Both the position numbers and the translations under genes were made by a program. A stretch of DNA of 64,000 nt from Clostridia bacterium (GTDB taxonomy: Bacteria > Bacillota > Clostridia > HGM11514). Below, one piece after another: positions 32,626 through 43,832 of the stretch. The notes beneath the pieces were generated by a model. The model did not search any database and was not told where the DNA came from. It saw nothing but the letters and a program-made list of their open reading frames with translations. The DNA is taken from positions 10,024-74,023 of the forward strand of contig JAZNAU010000039.1 of assembly GCA_045586685.1 (NCBI GenBank). Direction: 5' to 3'. Each line of letters starts with the position of its first letter. The stretch's first letter is position 1.

Positions 32626-33507
32626 ATGAAAACAAAATTGGACTATTATCGTATTTTTTATGAAACAGCCCGTTTTTCTTCCTTTTCAACCGCCGCGCAA
32701 CACCTATATATTTCCCAATCTGCCATCTCTCAATGCATCCGCCAGCTGGAACAGGATTTAAATGCTCAGCTTTTTGTACGGTCACGGCGAGGGGTTACCT
32801 TAACAAAAGAAGGGTTGCTCTTATTTCAAAAGGTAGAAAGTGCCATGCAGGCAATCGAGCAGGGAGAAACCTTGCTGGCGCGACTTCATCAGTTGGATAG
32901 CGGCTCTCTTATGATTGCTGCGGGAGATACCATAACGAGTCATTTTTTACTTCCTTATCTGGAACAGTTTCATGAAGCGTATCCCGGGATTCATATTGAA
33001 ATGGCAAATTCTTATTCCTACCATATGCTTCAATGCGTAAAAGAAGGGAAGGCGGAACTTGCTTTTGTGAATCTTCCCGTTACGGATGAGGAGCTTTGTA
33101 TTCAGCCCTGTTTGGAAATTCATGATATCTTCGTGTGCGGTTCTGAGTATTCTGCAAAACCAAGCTATACTTGGGAAGAAATAGCACAAGAACCTCTTAT
33201 TTTGTTAGAAAAAAACTCGACCTCCCGTCATTTTTTGGAGGAAAAATTTAAGGAAAAACATATTCCTCTCCAACCGAAAATAGAGATTGCGGCACATGAA
33301 TTGCTGATTCAGTTTGCATCCATTCACCTTGGGGTGTCCTGTGTTGTGGAAGAGTTTTCAAAGGAAAGTTTACAGAAAGGGCAGATTCGGAAAATGAATT
33401 TGACACCGCCCCTTCCTTCAAGACACATTGGATGTGCGTACCTTCGTCACAATCCTCTTTCCTTGCCGGCAAAAGCATTTTTAAATTTGATTCAAAAATG
33501 TCAGTAG
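32626..33507 (+). CDS. LysR family transcriptional regulator
   Basis: SFSTAAQHLYISQSAISQCIRQLE...LFVRSRRGVTLT. Confidence 0.94.
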   Translation: MKTKLDYYRIFYETARFSSFSTAAQHLYISQSAISQCIRQLEQDLNAQLFVRSRRGVTLTKEGLLLFQKVESAMQAIEQGETLLARLHQLDSGSLMIAAGDTITSHFLLPYLEQFHEAYPGIHIEMANSYSYHMLQCVKEGKAELAFVNLPVTDEELCIQPCLEIHDIFVCGSEYSAKPSYTWEEIAQEPLILLEKNSTSRHFLEEKFKEKHIPLQPKIEIAAHELLIQFASIHLGVSCVVEEFSKESLQKGQIRKMNLTPPLPSRHIGCAYLRHNPLSLPAKAFLNLIQKCQ

Positions 33508-33532
33508 CAATTTTTTGCTACTGACATTTTGA

Positions 33533-34957
33533 TTATAGGTTATAGTATTTATCAAATTCTGCAGGATGAGGAATGGCGGCAAGAGCTTTACATTCTTCCC
33601 TTTTTGCACGGATAATGCTTTCTAACAGTGATTGAGGGAATACTCCGCCGGCTGTCAAATAATCGTGGTCTTTTTCCAATGCATTCAGCGCTTCATCAAG
33701 AGAAGTAGGCAGGTGCTTTAATTTCGCTTTTTCCTCATCGCTTAAATGATACAAGTTCATATCATAAGGGCCCCAACCATTTTTATGGGGGTCAATTTTA
33801 TTTTTGATTCCGTCAAGACCAGCCATCAAAATTGCTGCATAGCAGAAATACGGATTACAGGTGGCATCAGGATTACGAAGTTCAAAACGACGTAAAGCTG
33901 GCTCTTTTGCATAGGCAGGAATACGGATTACCGCGCTGCGGTTGGATGTTGCATACCCAACCGTTACAGGTGCTTCAAAACCGGGAACCAATCGCTTAAA
34001 GGAGTTTGTACTGGGGTTTGTAAGAGCACAAAGGGATGCAATATGTTTTAACAAACCACCGATAAAGTAGTGTGCTTCCTTGCTTAAGTTGGAATAGCCG
34101 TTATCATCAGAAAAAACAGGCTGTCCATCTTTTAAAAGAAGCATATGGACATGCATACCGTTACCCGCTTCACCCATGACAGGCTTTGGCATAAAGGTTG
34201 CAGACATTCCGTATTTTCTTGCTGTGTTATGAATGATATATTTAATCATCATGGTTGCATCTGCCATTTTTGACATTTCCCCAAGCTCGGGTTCAATTTC
34301 AAACTGACCGCCAGCACCAACTTCGGGATGATGATAATTCAGTTTAATTCCCGCTTGTTCCATCAGCATGCACATCTCGCTTCTTGCTTCATAGGAAACG
34401 TCAAAGGGTTTTGCAATATGGTAATTTTTCTGCTTGGCAACAATATTTCCAGATCCTTCCATATTGCTGTTCCAGTGAGCCTGAACGGCATCGAGAGTCA
34501 TTCCGATAGAATTGGGATTAACTTCCCAGCCAACCTGATCAAACAGATAAAATTCAAATTCCGGCAGAATCAACATCGTATCAGCAATTCCCGAATCTTT
34601 CATGTATTGTTCTGCTGCAAGCACAATATTACGGGGATACTGTGCAAGAGGTCGGTTTTGAGGGTTATCAATAATCATTGCATTCCCTGTCATAGAAAGA
34701 GTAGGAATCTGGCAGAAGGGGTCAATCACAGCGGTATCCGGATCGGGAATAAATACCATATCGCTTTTTTCTACCACTGCATAACCGTAGTTTGATGCAT
34801 CAAAGCCAATTCCGTTTTTCATGGTTTTTTCAGAGAAATTGTTTGCCGGAATGGTAACATGACGATACTGACCGTTAATATCCACCATTTTGAAATCAAC
34901 CATTTTAATATCATGTTCCTTTATGATATCTAAAATGTCTTGCACTGTTTTTTTCAC
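33533..34957 (-). CDS. glnA: Glutamine synthetase type I
   Basis: GIGFDAS, HHPEVG, ATFMPKP, GNGMHVH, RLVPGFEAP, NRSAVIRIP. Confidence 0.93.
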   Translation of the reverse strand: MKKTVQDILDIIKEHDIKMVDFKMVDINGQYRHVTIPANNFSEKTMKNGIGFDASNYGYAVVEKSDMVFIPDPDTAVIDPFCQIPTLSMTGNAMIIDNPQNRPLAQYPRNIVLAAEQYMKDSGIADTMLILPEFEFYLFDQVGWEVNPNSIGMTLDAVQAHWNSNMEGSGNIVAKQKNYHIAKPFDVSYEARSEMCMLMEQAGIKLNYHHPEVGAGGQFEIEPELGEMSKMADATMMIKYIIHNTARKYGMSATFMPKPVMGEAGNGMHVHMLLLKDGQPVFSDDNGYSNLSKEAHYFIGGLLKHIASLCALTNPSTNSFKRLVPGFEAPVTVGYATSNRSAVIRIPAYAKEPALRRFELRNPDATCNPYFCYAAILMAGLDGIKNKIDPHKNGWGPYDMNLYHLSDEEKAKLKHLPTSLDEALNALEKDHDYLTAGGVFPQSLLESIIRAKREECKALAAIPHPAEFDKYYNL

Positions 34958-35121
34958 GAAAAATCACTCCTTATATTTTAAAATACTATGTTCTTATTAT
35001 ATAAAAATTATAATAAATTGTCAACAGGTTTCCGTTTTCTTATAAAAGATATGGGTTTTTAAATTTTCGTATTTTTATGTAACAGGGACGAGTACTATAA
35101 CCCGTCCCTGCTTTTTTCATT

Positions 35122-36753
35122 CTATTTTAACTGACTTTCCACTAAGCTTTCCCCGCAATAAATTTCACGAAGTTTAGGCTTCTCAATTTTTCCGGTGGGA
35201 TTTCTGGGCACCTGAGCAAAAATAACCTTATGAGGCCGTTTATAACGGGGCATTCCTTTGCAAAATTCCTGAATCTCTTCCTCAGAACAGGTTTCCCCTT
35301 CCTTGATCTCAATAATTGCCGTTGCAATTTCTCCAAGTCTAGCATCAGGAAGACCGATGACAGCAACATCCTTTACAGCATTGTGAGCACGGAGGAAATC
35401 CTCAATTTGGACCGGATAGAGGTTTTCTCCACCACTGATAATCACATCCTTTTTCCGGTCAACCAGATAGATAAAGCCATCTTCATCCTCTTTTGCCATA
35501 TCGCCGGTAAACAACCAACCGTCATGAAGCACTTCCGCTGTGGCTTTAGGGTCATTATAATAGCATTTCATCACTCCCGGACCGTACACTGCCAGCTCCC
35601 CGACCTCACCTTTTGGAACAACATCACCCTTTTCATCAACAATCTTTACCTGCCAGCCGTAGCCCGCAATGCCGATTGCACCGACCTTATGAATATTTTC
35701 CACGCCAAGATGAACACATCCCGGTCCGATGGATTCGCTCAAGCCGTAGTTGGTGTCGTAATCATGGTGGGGGAATATAGCTTTCCAACGTTTAATCAAA
35801 CTGGGAGGAACAGGTTGTGCTCCGATATGCATCAATCTCCAGGAAGACAAATCATAGTTTGACAAATCAATTTCTCCCCGATCAATGGCATCCAAAATAT
35901 CTTGTGCCCACGGCACCAAAAGCCATACAATACTGCACTTTTCGCTGGCTGCCGTTTCAATCACGGCAGAGGGACGAACCCCTTTTAACAGTACAGCTCG
36001 GCTTCCTGAAATCAAGCTTCCGAACCAGTGCATCTTTGCCCCGGTGTGATAAAGCGGCGGAATACACAAAAAGACATCATCATGAGTTTGTCCGTGGTGG
36101 TTTTGTTCCACCTGACAGGACTGAACCAGACTGGTATGGTCATGCAAAATTGCTTTGGGAAATCCTGTCGTACCGGAAGAAAAATAAATGGCTGCATCAT
36201 CTGAATCAGTAAGCGTAATTTCCGGTTTTGCACTGGAGAAATTAGCTGCCAGATGCAGATAATTTTCCGCAAAACTGGGACAGTTGTCTCCTATATAGAA
36301 CAATAGTTTTACCTGTGGAATCTTGTCACAAATTTCTTCCATACGGCCGATAAATTCAGAGCCAAACAACAGTGCATTTACTTCTGCCAGCTCCAAACAA
36401 TATTTAATCTCATCAGAGGTATAACGGTAATTAAGGGGCACCGCTAATGCACCTGTTTTCAAAATTCCGAAATAAACAGGAAGCCATTCCAAACAGTTCA
36501 TCAGCAAAATGGCAACCTTATCACCCTTTTTGATTCCCCGACTTAGCAACAGGTTTGCACAGCGGTTTGCTTTTTCTTCAAACACACTCCAGGTAATCTC
36601 ACGGCGGTACGCCTCTCCCTGATTCGATTCAATCAGTTCGTACTCCTTCCAGGTGACACGGCGAACCTCTTTCACCTCCGGGTTGATTTCCACCAGAGCA
36701 GTTTCTTCTCCATACAAATTGGCGTTTCTTTCCAAAAATTCTGTTATCGGCAT
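35122..36753 (-). CDS. Acyl-CoA synthetase / AMP-binding enzyme
   Basis: YFSSGTTGFPK, YGLSE, TGD, DRKKDVIISGGEN, PRNPTGKI. Confidence 0.92.
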   Translation of the reverse strand: MPITEFLERNANLYGEETALVEINPEVKEVRRVTWKEYELIESNQGEAYRREITWSVFEEKANRCANLLLSRGIKKGDKVAILLMNCLEWLPVYFGILKTGALAVPLNYRYTSDEIKYCLELAEVNALLFGSEFIGRMEEICDKIPQVKLLFYIGDNCPSFAENYLHLAANFSSAKPEITLTDSDDAAIYFSSGTTGFPKAILHDHTSLVQSCQVEQNHHGQTHDDVFLCIPPLYHTGAKMHWFGSLISGSRAVLLKGVRPSAVIETAASEKCSIVWLLVPWAQDILDAIDRGEIDLSNYDLSSWRLMHIGAQPVPPSLIKRWKAIFPHHDYDTNYGLSESIGPGCVHLGVENIHKVGAIGIAGYGWQVKIVDEKGDVVPKGEVGELAVYGPGVMKCYYNDPKATAEVLHDGWLFTGDMAKEDEDGFIYLVDRKKDVIISGGENLYPVQIEDFLRAHNAVKDVAVIGLPDARLGEIATAIIEIKEGETCSEEEIQEFCKGMPRYKRPHKVIFAQVPRNPTGKIEKPKLREIYCGESLVESQLK

Positions 36754-36771
36754 AGTATAATTTCCCCTTCT

Positions 36772-37692
36772 TTATAGTTGATAGACTAATATAATCAATG
36801 GAATGGTAATAATCGATAGTAATGTAGAAACAGATACAATTTCAGACGAATAATCTGCATCCAGATGATATTTGTGTGCAAACAACGTGGAAACTGCCGC
36901 ACTGGGACAAGCAGTGGAAATCATCACAGCCCGTGCCACAGTTTCCTCTAATTGCAGTGCTTTTGCAATCCCTATGGAAATCAAAGGAATGATAATCAAC
37001 CGCATTAAACATACAAAATACATCCCCCTGTTTTTAACCACCTTTTTTAAATCAAGATTAGCCAGAAAAGAGCCCAGCACAATCATAGAAAGAGGAGTAT
37101 TCAAATTTGCCAGATGTTTGATAGGGTCCAAAACAATGGCCGGCAATCTAATCTGCGCAAAAAAGAGCACCAAACTGACAATCGTTCCCACAACACCGGG
37201 ATTCAAAATCGCTTTTTTCAAAGAAATTTCATTTTTGTCCCCACCGGCATAGACATAAACTCCGTGAGTCCAATAAAGAACGGAAAATACTGCCAAGTAG
37301 GCAGAGCCGTAAAACACTCCTTCAGAACCCAGCGCTGCAGAAATGAGCGGAATCGCCATAAAACCACAGTTTGAATAAATGGAACAAAAAATATTGCTTC
37401 GGTACCGATTGGAGGGTTCTTTACGGAACAGCAAATGAGAAAGCAAAATGGCTACTCCGTGAGTTAGCAAAGTAAACAACATAGCCACCAGCAAACCCCG
37501 TACCAACTCTGCTTCAAACTCTTTTTGATAAGCATTCACAAGCACACAGGGTGTTACCACCTTTAAAAGAACACTTGTAATTTGGTCAATCCCTTCTTGG
37601 GTAACCAACTTTTTCCTTTTCGCTCCAACGCCCACCAGAATCAGCAGAAAAATGACCGCCACCCGTTGAGCTACAATCCATGCAAGCTCCAT
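36772..37692 (-). CDS. AEC (auxin efflux carrier) family transporter
   Basis: SNCGFMAIP, TPLSMIVLG, ACPSAA, STLLSIITIP. Confidence 0.9.
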   Translation of the reverse strand: MELAWIVAQRVAVIFLLILVGVGAKRKKLVTQEGIDQITSVLLKVVTPCVLVNAYQKEFEAELVRGLLVAMLFTLLTHGVAILLSHLLFRKEPSNRYRSNIFCSIYSNCGFMAIPLISAALGSEGVFYGSAYLAVFSVLYWTHGVYVYAGGDKNEISLKKAILNPGVVGTIVSLVLFFAQIRLPAIVLDPIKHLANLNTPLSMIVLGSFLANLDLKKVVKNRGMYFVCLMRLIIIPLISIGIAKALQLEETVARAVMISTACPSAAVSTLFAHKYHLDADYSSEIVSVSTLLSIITIPLIILVYQL

Positions 37693-37814
37693 TCAAACCG
37701 TCTCCTAAATCATTACATACAAAGCCATTATACCACTTTTTTTTATTTATTGCAAGAGAAAAGAACTTCTTTTTCAAAAATCCCGTTGGTTTTTTTAAAT
37801 TTACGGAAAAGCTC

Positions 37815-37873
37815 TTGACAAATATGAAAAAAGTGGTACAATTAAATTAGCACTCGAAATAAGAGAGTGCTAA
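37815..37873 (+). promoter_or_regulatory. sigmaA promoter and CIRCE (HrcA operator) upstream of htpG
   Basis: TTGACA 37815, TACAAT 37837; perfect TTAGCACTC-N9-GAGTGCTAA at 37847-37873. Confidence 0.95.
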
Positions 37874-37900
37874 ACATAAGAAAGAAGGATTGATTGTAAC

Positions 37901-39757
37901 ATGGCAAAAAGAATGTTTAAATCGGAATCGAAACGGTTGTTAGATTTGATGATTAACTCTATCTATACCCACAAGGAAATATTCTTGCGTGAGCTGATTT
38001 CCAATGCCAATGACGCCTTGGATAAATTGTATTATCTGTCTTTGACGGATGAAAATATTACATTCGACAGAGAAAATTTCTCTATCCGCATTACACCGAA
38101 TAAAGACGCCCGCACTCTGACCATCACCGACACAGGAATCGGGATGGACGAGGAGGAGCTGGACAAAAACTTGGGCGTCATCGCAAAAAGCGGTTCCTTT
38201 GCTTTCAAGCAAGAGCATGAAAAAGCGGAAGACGTGGATATTATCGGTCAGTTTGGGGTTGGTTTTTATTCCGCTTTTATGGTAGCGGACAAGGTTGTGG
38301 TCACCTCCAAGAAATTTGGCAGTGAGGAAGCCTTTCAATGGAGTTCCTCCGGTGCAGACGGTTATGAAATTAAACCCTCTCAAAAACAGACTGCAGGAAC
38401 GGAAATTGTGCTGTATTTGAAAGCCGATACAGAAGACGAAAAATACAGCGAATTTTTGGATGAATATAAGTTAAGAAGCTTGGTAAAAAAATATTCCGAT
38501 TATATTAAATACCCCATTAAGATGATGACCTCCCGTCAGAAACTCAAAGAGGGTACGGAAAACGAATATGAAACCTATCAAGAGGATGATACCTTAAATT
38601 CCATGGTTCCTCTGTGGCGGAAAAACAAATCGGAAGTAACAGAGGAAGAATATAACAATTTTTACAAAGAGAAATTCTTTGATTTTGAAGACCCTGTTAA
38701 GGTGATTCATACCAGTGTTGACGGTGCGGTGAGCTACAAAGCCTTGCTGTTTTTTCCTGCCCGTCCCGCTTTTGATTACTACACCAAGGACTACAAAAAA
38801 GGCTTGCAATTATACACTAACGGCGTTCTGATTATGGATAAATGCGAAGATTTGCTTCCCGATTATTTTGGTTTTGTCAAGGGGCTGGTGGATTCTGCAG
38901 ATTTATCCTTGAACATTTCCCGTGAAATGCTCCAGCACGACCGCCAGTTAAAAGCAATCGCATCCAGAATTAAAAAGAAAATTAAAAGCGAACTGGAAAG
39001 CATGATGAAAACAGACCGGAAAGGCTATGAACGCTTTTATGAAAACTTTAAGCGTCCTTTAAAGTTTGGTTTATATGATAATTACGGTGCAGATAAGGAT
39101 TTTCTGGTGGATTTGATTCTTTTCGATTCTTCTACCGAGGAAAGACCCGTATCCTTGCAGGAATATGTAGACAGAATGAAAGAAACTCAGAAATACATTT
39201 ATTATGCTTGTGGAGAAACCAAAGAAAAGATTGCAAAGCTTCCTCAGGTGGAAGCTGTTTTGGAAGAAGGCTATGAAATTTTATACTTTACCGAGGATGT
39301 GGACGAATTTGCCATTAAAATTTTAGGGAAATTCGGGGACAAGGAATTTAAATCTGTGTCTGACAGTGCCTCTGAACAAACGGAAGAAACCAGAGAGGAA
39401 GACAAAGACTTGTTTGCTTTTATGAAAGAAGCTTTAGGCGATCAGGTGGCAGAGGTAAAGGGAACCAGCAGACTAAAATCCCATCCCGTCTGCCTGTCCA
39501 GCACAGGGGAAATTTCCTTGGAAATGGAAAAAGTGCTTAATGCAATGCCCAACGACCAGAAGGTAAAGGCACAAAGAGTATTGGAGATTAACATCAATCA
39601 TCCCATGTTTTCTGCTTTACAAGCCATGCTTGGAGAAGATAAAGACAAATTGAAAAAATACACCAATGTACTATATAATTGTGCATTGCTCATAGAAGGA
39701 ATGCCCCTTGATGATCCTGTGGCATTTTCAAATGATACCTGTGACTTGATTTGTTAA
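37901..39757 (+). CDS. htpG: Hsp90 chaperone HtpG
   Basis: [39 protein letters not shown]. Confidence 0.97.
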   Translation: MAKRMFKSESKRLLDLMINSIYTHKEIFLRELISNANDALDKLYYLSLTDENITFDRENFSIRITPNKDARTLTITDTGIGMDEEELDKNLGVIAKSGSFAFKQEHEKAEDVDIIGQFGVGFYSAFMVADKVVVTSKKFGSEEAFQWSSSGADGYEIKPSQKQTAGTEIVLYLKADTEDEKYSEFLDEYKLRSLVKKYSDYIKYPIKMMTSRQKLKEGTENEYETYQEDDTLNSMVPLWRKNKSEVTEEEYNNFYKEKFFDFEDPVKVIHTSVDGAVSYKALLFFPARPAFDYYTKDYKKGLQLYTNGVLIMDKCEDLLPDYFGFVKGLVDSADLSLNISREMLQHDRQLKAIASRIKKKIKSELESMMKTDRKGYERFYENFKRPLKFGLYDNYGADKDFLVDLILFDSSTEERPVSLQEYVDRMKETQKYIYYACGETKEKIAKLPQVEAVLEEGYEILYFTEDVDEFAIKILGKFGDKEFKSVSDSASEQTEETREEDKDLFAFMKEALGDQVAEVKGTSRLKSHPVCLSSTGEISLEMEKVLNAMPNDQKVKAQRVLEININHPMFSALQAMLGEDKDKLKKYTNVLYNCALLIEGMPLDDPVAFSNDTCDLIC

Positions 39758-39808
39758 TAAGAACATGCACCCCAAAAGAGAATTTCTTTTGGGGTGCAGT
39801 TTTCTTTC

Positions 39809-42145
39809 TTATTCATTTTCTTCTATAAAGGTTTGCTCAGGCTGACCGTTTCTTGCTATCATTTCCAAATATTGCTGTCGATTCATCAGCACTGCTCTGG
39901 GTTTGCTTCCCTCAAAGGGACCTACCACGCCTTGTTCTTCTAACTGGTCAACCAATCTTGCGGCTCGGGCATAGCCCACTCGCATTTTTCGTTGCAGCAT
40001 GGAGGTAGACGCCTGTTGCATTTCCACCACAATTTCAATGGCTTTAGGAAGCAAGGGATCCCAAAGGTCATCCTCTTCGTCATCCCCTTCTTCTCCCTGT
40101 TTTCCTTTTGTTTCGGGGGCACGTTTGATAAACTCCATGGCTTCTTCGTTATATTCAGCCTGGCCGGAATTATCCTTGACAAAGGTAACCACCGATTCTA
40201 CTTCCTTATCGCTGACAAACGCACCTTGCACACGGATCGGCTTGCTGACACCGATGGGATAATAAAGCATATCCCCTCTTCCTAAGAGTTTTTCCGCACC
40301 GGCAGAATCCAAAATGGTGCGGGAATCAATTTGAGAAGACACGGTAAAGGCTATTCGGGAAGGAATGTTTGCCTTGATAATACCCGTAATAACATCCACG
40401 GAAGGCCGTTGGGTTGCTATTACCAGATGCATTCCCGCCGCTCTTGCCATTTGAGCCAAACGGCAAATGGCATCTTCCACCTCGTTGGGTGCTACCATCA
40501 TTAAATCTGCCAACTCGTCAATAATAATCACAATCTGCTCCATGGGACGTAACGTTTCGTCTTCCAAGGCCAATTCATTATACCCATGAATATCACGAAC
40601 AGAATTGTCTGCAAACATTTTGTACCGTCTGGTCATTTCGCTGACTGCCCAATTCAGTGCATTTGCCGCCTTTTTCGGCTCCGTCACCACCGGGGAAACC
40701 AAATGAGGAATCCCGTTATAAATGCCTAACTCTACCACCTTGGGGTCCACCATAAGCAGTTTTACTTCATTAGGATTTGCCTTGTAGAGAAGACTGGTAA
40801 TAATCGTATTTATACATACACTCTTACCAGAGCCCGTAGCACCTGCAATCAACAGATGAGGCATTTTCCCAATATCTGCAATAATGGTTTTCCCAGTAAT
40901 ATCCTTTCCCAATGCAAATGCAATTTTGGAATCGCTTGCGGCAAATTCCGAGCTTTCCAAACAGGTTCTCATCATTACGGACGAACGGGTTTTGTTGGGT
41001 ACTTCAATCCCCACCGCACTTTTGCCCGGCACAGGAGCAATACGAATACCGGAAACTCCCAGTTGCAATGCCAAATCGTCTGCCAAACCCGTAATTTTAC
41101 TAAGTTTTGTTCCCATGACCGCCTCAATTTCATAACGGGTGACACTGGGGCCGGACTGAACATTGATCACCTTTGCAGTAACACCAAAGCTTTTAAAGGT
41201 TTCTATCAATTTTCCTGCTGTTTCCTTTAATTCCCGCACAAACTTTTCACTGTGACGGTCATCCTCCCCCTCTTTTAACAGGGTAACGGGAGGAATAATA
41301 TAATCAATTTGCTCTTCCCCAAATTCAGCATTAAACTCATGATTTTCGTCATCCTCATTAGTTTCTTCGGTTTCAAGCAAAGCGATCTGTCTTTCTGTTT
41401 TCGGCGTATCCTCGGGCAAATGGAAAATGGGAATATCCGGATCAAAGGGTTGTTCCTCCAAAGTTTCCAAAATAGAGGGTTTAGGCTCTTTGGGTTCTAT
41501 CTTTTTTTTCGGTCTTACAGCAGGGTCTTTTTCTTCTTGTGGAATCATATCTTTCGCCCATGAAATCATTGCCTTAACAACCGAAATCAAGGATTTCTCA
41601 AATAAAACAAGCAATGAGGCAATCAGACCTGCAATAATCACCACAACCGTTCCGAAATTACCAATCAGACTGCTGATAGCAAAGTAGAGAATCCCGCCAA
41701 TGACTCCGCCACCTTCCATTTCCATCCCAAGCGTCCAAAACTGTATCAGGTCAAACCCCAATTCCCAGACAGCATGGTCAAGCAGTTCAAACAACACAGA
41801 AAATAGCAGAAAAGCTCCTGTAAGAGCATAATATTTCCAAATTTTTTGGTTTTTTCGATGAAAAAACATCAACGCCGCCAGACTTACAAAAAACACCGGA
41901 AACAGGTAAGTATTCCGTCCGAGTAAGCCGCCGCAAAGATTACGGAACCAATGCCCTACAAGGCCTGCACCGTCTGTATAAATAGCGGCAGCAGATAAAA
42001 TTGCCAAAACGGAACAGGCAATCAGCTTAATTTCTGCATGATAAATAAATTGTTCCTGTTTAGCGGGCGCCGTTTCCTTAGAAGCCTTTGACCGCTTTTT
42101 CGTTTTATCTTTGCTGATTACTTTCACTTTCTTTTTCTGTGCCAA
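39809..42145 (-). CDS. ftsK: DNA translocase FtsK/SpoIIIE
   Basis: N-terminal TM segments, PHLLIAGATGSGKS, ATQRPSVDVITG, gamma domain GYARAARLVD. Confidence 0.95.
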   Translation of the reverse strand: MAQKKKVKVISKDKTKKRSKASKETAPAKQEQFIYHAEIKLIACSVLAILSAAAIYTDGAGLVGHWFRNLCGGLLGRNTYLFPVFFVSLAALMFFHRKNQKIWKYYALTGAFLLFSVLFELLDHAVWELGFDLIQFWTLGMEMEGGGVIGGILYFAISSLIGNFGTVVVIIAGLIASLLVLFEKSLISVVKAMISWAKDMIPQEEKDPAVRPKKKIEPKEPKPSILETLEEQPFDPDIPIFHLPEDTPKTERQIALLETEETNEDDENHEFNAEFGEEQIDYIIPPVTLLKEGEDDRHSEKFVRELKETAGKLIETFKSFGVTAKVINVQSGPSVTRYEIEAVMGTKLSKITGLADDLALQLGVSGIRIAPVPGKSAVGIEVPNKTRSSVMMRTCLESSEFAASDSKIAFALGKDITGKTIIADIGKMPHLLIAGATGSGKSVCINTIITSLLYKANPNEVKLLMVDPKVVELGIYNGIPHLVSPVVTEPKKAANALNWAVSEMTRRYKMFADNSVRDIHGYNELALEDETLRPMEQIVIIIDELADLMMVAPNEVEDAICRLAQMARAAGMHLVIATQRPSVDVITGIIKANIPSRIAFTVSSQIDSRTILDSAGAEKLLGRGDMLYYPIGVSKPIRVQGAFVSDKEVESVVTFVKDNSGQAEYNEEAMEFIKRAPETKGKQGEEGDDEEDDLWDPLLPKAIEIVVEMQQASTSMLQRKMRVGYARAARLVDQLEEQGVVGPFEGSKPRAVLMNRQQYLEMIARNGQPEQTFIEENE

Positions 42146-43280
42146 CTTTCTTCTCTCCCTTCAGGTAATTTCTCGCAAAACATTCCAACATACGGGAACC
42201 ATACCAGATACATTCTTCTTCCGCGATAAAGTCAGAGGAATGTAACGATGCTTTTCCCCCGCTTCCCAAATGGAATAATACTCCCTTTGCTTCCTTTGCA
42301 AAATAGGAAAAATCCTCGCCCCCCATAAAGGGAGCAGTTTCCTGCACAACGTTTTCTTCTCCCAAAACCTCTTTTCCCGTACGAAACAATAATTTGGTTA
42401 ACTCAGGATGATTATATACAGGAGGATATAATTTGCGAAAACGGTAATCACACTGTACTCCTCTTGCTTTGCAAATTTCCTTGGCAAGTATGCCGATTTC
42501 TTCTTCCATTTTCAGTCGCAGTTCTTGGGTAAAGGTGCGTACCGTTCCCAAAATTGTAACACGGTCGGGTATCACATTAAAGGAGCTACCCCCATTGATT
42601 GCACAAACACTGACCACGCAAAGCTCGTCCTTCATTTTCTGTTCCAATGAAGCAATGGCTGTTACAATTTCTGATGCCACAGGCAAGGGGTTTTTTGCAA
42701 GATGAGGATACCCTCCATGCCCGCCTTTTCCCGTAACTGTAATGGAAAATTCATCGGGAGAGGCATAATAATGCTCCGGCTTACAGGCAATTTTGCCAAC
42801 CTCAAGCCCTGGTTTTACATGAAGTGCTGCCGCTGCAGAAATACCCTTTGCCACGCCTTCGCCAATCATGGGCTCTGCACCTCCCGCTCCTTCCTCCGCA
42901 GGTTGGAACACAAATCGAACTTTACCGTTTTTGGGAGGGTTTTCGCAAAATAACGCGATACAACCAAGGAGACAGGACATATGAATATCATGTCCACAGG
43001 CATGCATTCTTCCTTTGTTTTTTGAGGAAAAGGGAAGGTTTGTTTCTTCAGTAACCGGCAATGCATCCATATCTGCACGCAACAAAATGACAGGGTCGCC
43101 ATTTCCAATTTCCGCCACAATTCCCGTTTTGGCAATTCCGGATTGAAAGTTCACGCCCCATTCATTTAATACATCACAAATAATCTGAGCGGTTTTCACT
43201 TCCTCAAATTCCAGCTCAGGATATTGATGTAGCGTTCTTCTGATTGGTATTATTTTTTCTAATAACGTATTTTTTTCCAA
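42105..43280 (-). CDS. M20D family amidohydrolase
   Basis: RRTLHQYPE, LRADMDALP, MHACGHD, FQPAEE, GEDF; probable TTG start at 43280 after GAGGTG. Confidence 0.9.
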   Translation of the reverse strand: MEKNTLLEKIIPIRRTLHQYPELEFEEVKTAQIICDVLNEWGVNFQSGIAKTGIVAEIGNGDPVILLRADMDALPVTEETNLPFSSKNKGRMHACGHDIHMSCLLGCIALFCENPPKNGKVRFVFQPAEEGAGGAEPMIGEGVAKGISAAAALHVKPGLEVGKIACKPEHYYASPDEFSITVTGKGGHGGYPHLAKNPLPVASEIVTAIASLEQKMKDELCVVSVCAINGGSSFNVIPDRVTILGTVRTFTQELRLKMEEEIGILAKEICKARGVQCDYRFRKLYPPVYNHPELTKLLFRTGKEVLGEENVVQETAPFMGGEDFSYFAKEAKGVLFHLGSGGKASLHSSDFIAEEECIWYGSRMLECFARNYLKGEKKVGTEKESESNQQR

Positions 43281-43344
43281 TAAAAAACACCTCTTCATGG
43301 TATAGTATATCATACCAAGAGGTGTTTGTAAAATGAAATTTTGA

Positions 43345-43599
43345 TTACAAAAATTTTCCCAACAGTAACAAAAGAGCCGCACCGGGCAATCCTAAAAATC
43401 CTGTCAGCAATACACTAAATAGATTGATTCCCACCGTCACTCCCGTAATTCCTTGCAAAAAATTAAATCCAACTAAAACCGCCAGTCCCGCAAGACTGTT
43501 CATTCCTAGTCGCAATAATAATTTCAATGGTTTTAAAAACAGGCGAATTGCCGCCAACACCAAAAAAATACCCACAATAATGGTAATCGGTTCACTCAT
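43345..43599 (-). CDS. bofA: Pro-sigmaK processing inhibitor BofA family
   Basis: Small TM protein ending GINLFSVLLTGFLGLPG; sigmaE-like -10 CATACAGT upstream (43625-43618). Confidence 0.8.
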   Translation of the reverse strand: MSEPITIIVGIFLVLAAIRLFLKPLKLLLRLGMNSLAGLAVLVGFNFLQGITGVTVGINLFSVLLTGFLGLPGAALLLLLGKFL

Positions 43600-43757
43600 G
43601 TCCATCCCTCCTGTTTTACTGTATGAGAAAAACAAAAGAAAAATACCGCTTTTTCAAACGGTATTTTCCACTTATTACAAAAAATAATTATTATTTTTAC
43701 TTTTTTCCATCCGGACGATTTTAACATTTCCATTGGGATTAGGGAAAATAGTGCAGA

Positions 43758-43827
43758 TTGAACAAACCGAACCCGCAGGGGTTACCAGAAGGCGTATGTG
43801 ATACGCCGAGAGGTGAGGTTTGTTCAA
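43758..43827. repeat. Branched palindromic intergenic element
   Basis: TTGAACAAACC/GGTTTGTTCAA enclosing ACCC-GCAG-GGGT and GGCGTAT-GTG-ATACGCC hairpins. Confidence 0.55.
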
Positions 43828-43832
43828 AACAA

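Noticed and set aside
37847-37873. CIRCE control of htpG as a novelty
   Set aside because: It is already known in clostridia, so it is listed as a feature only.
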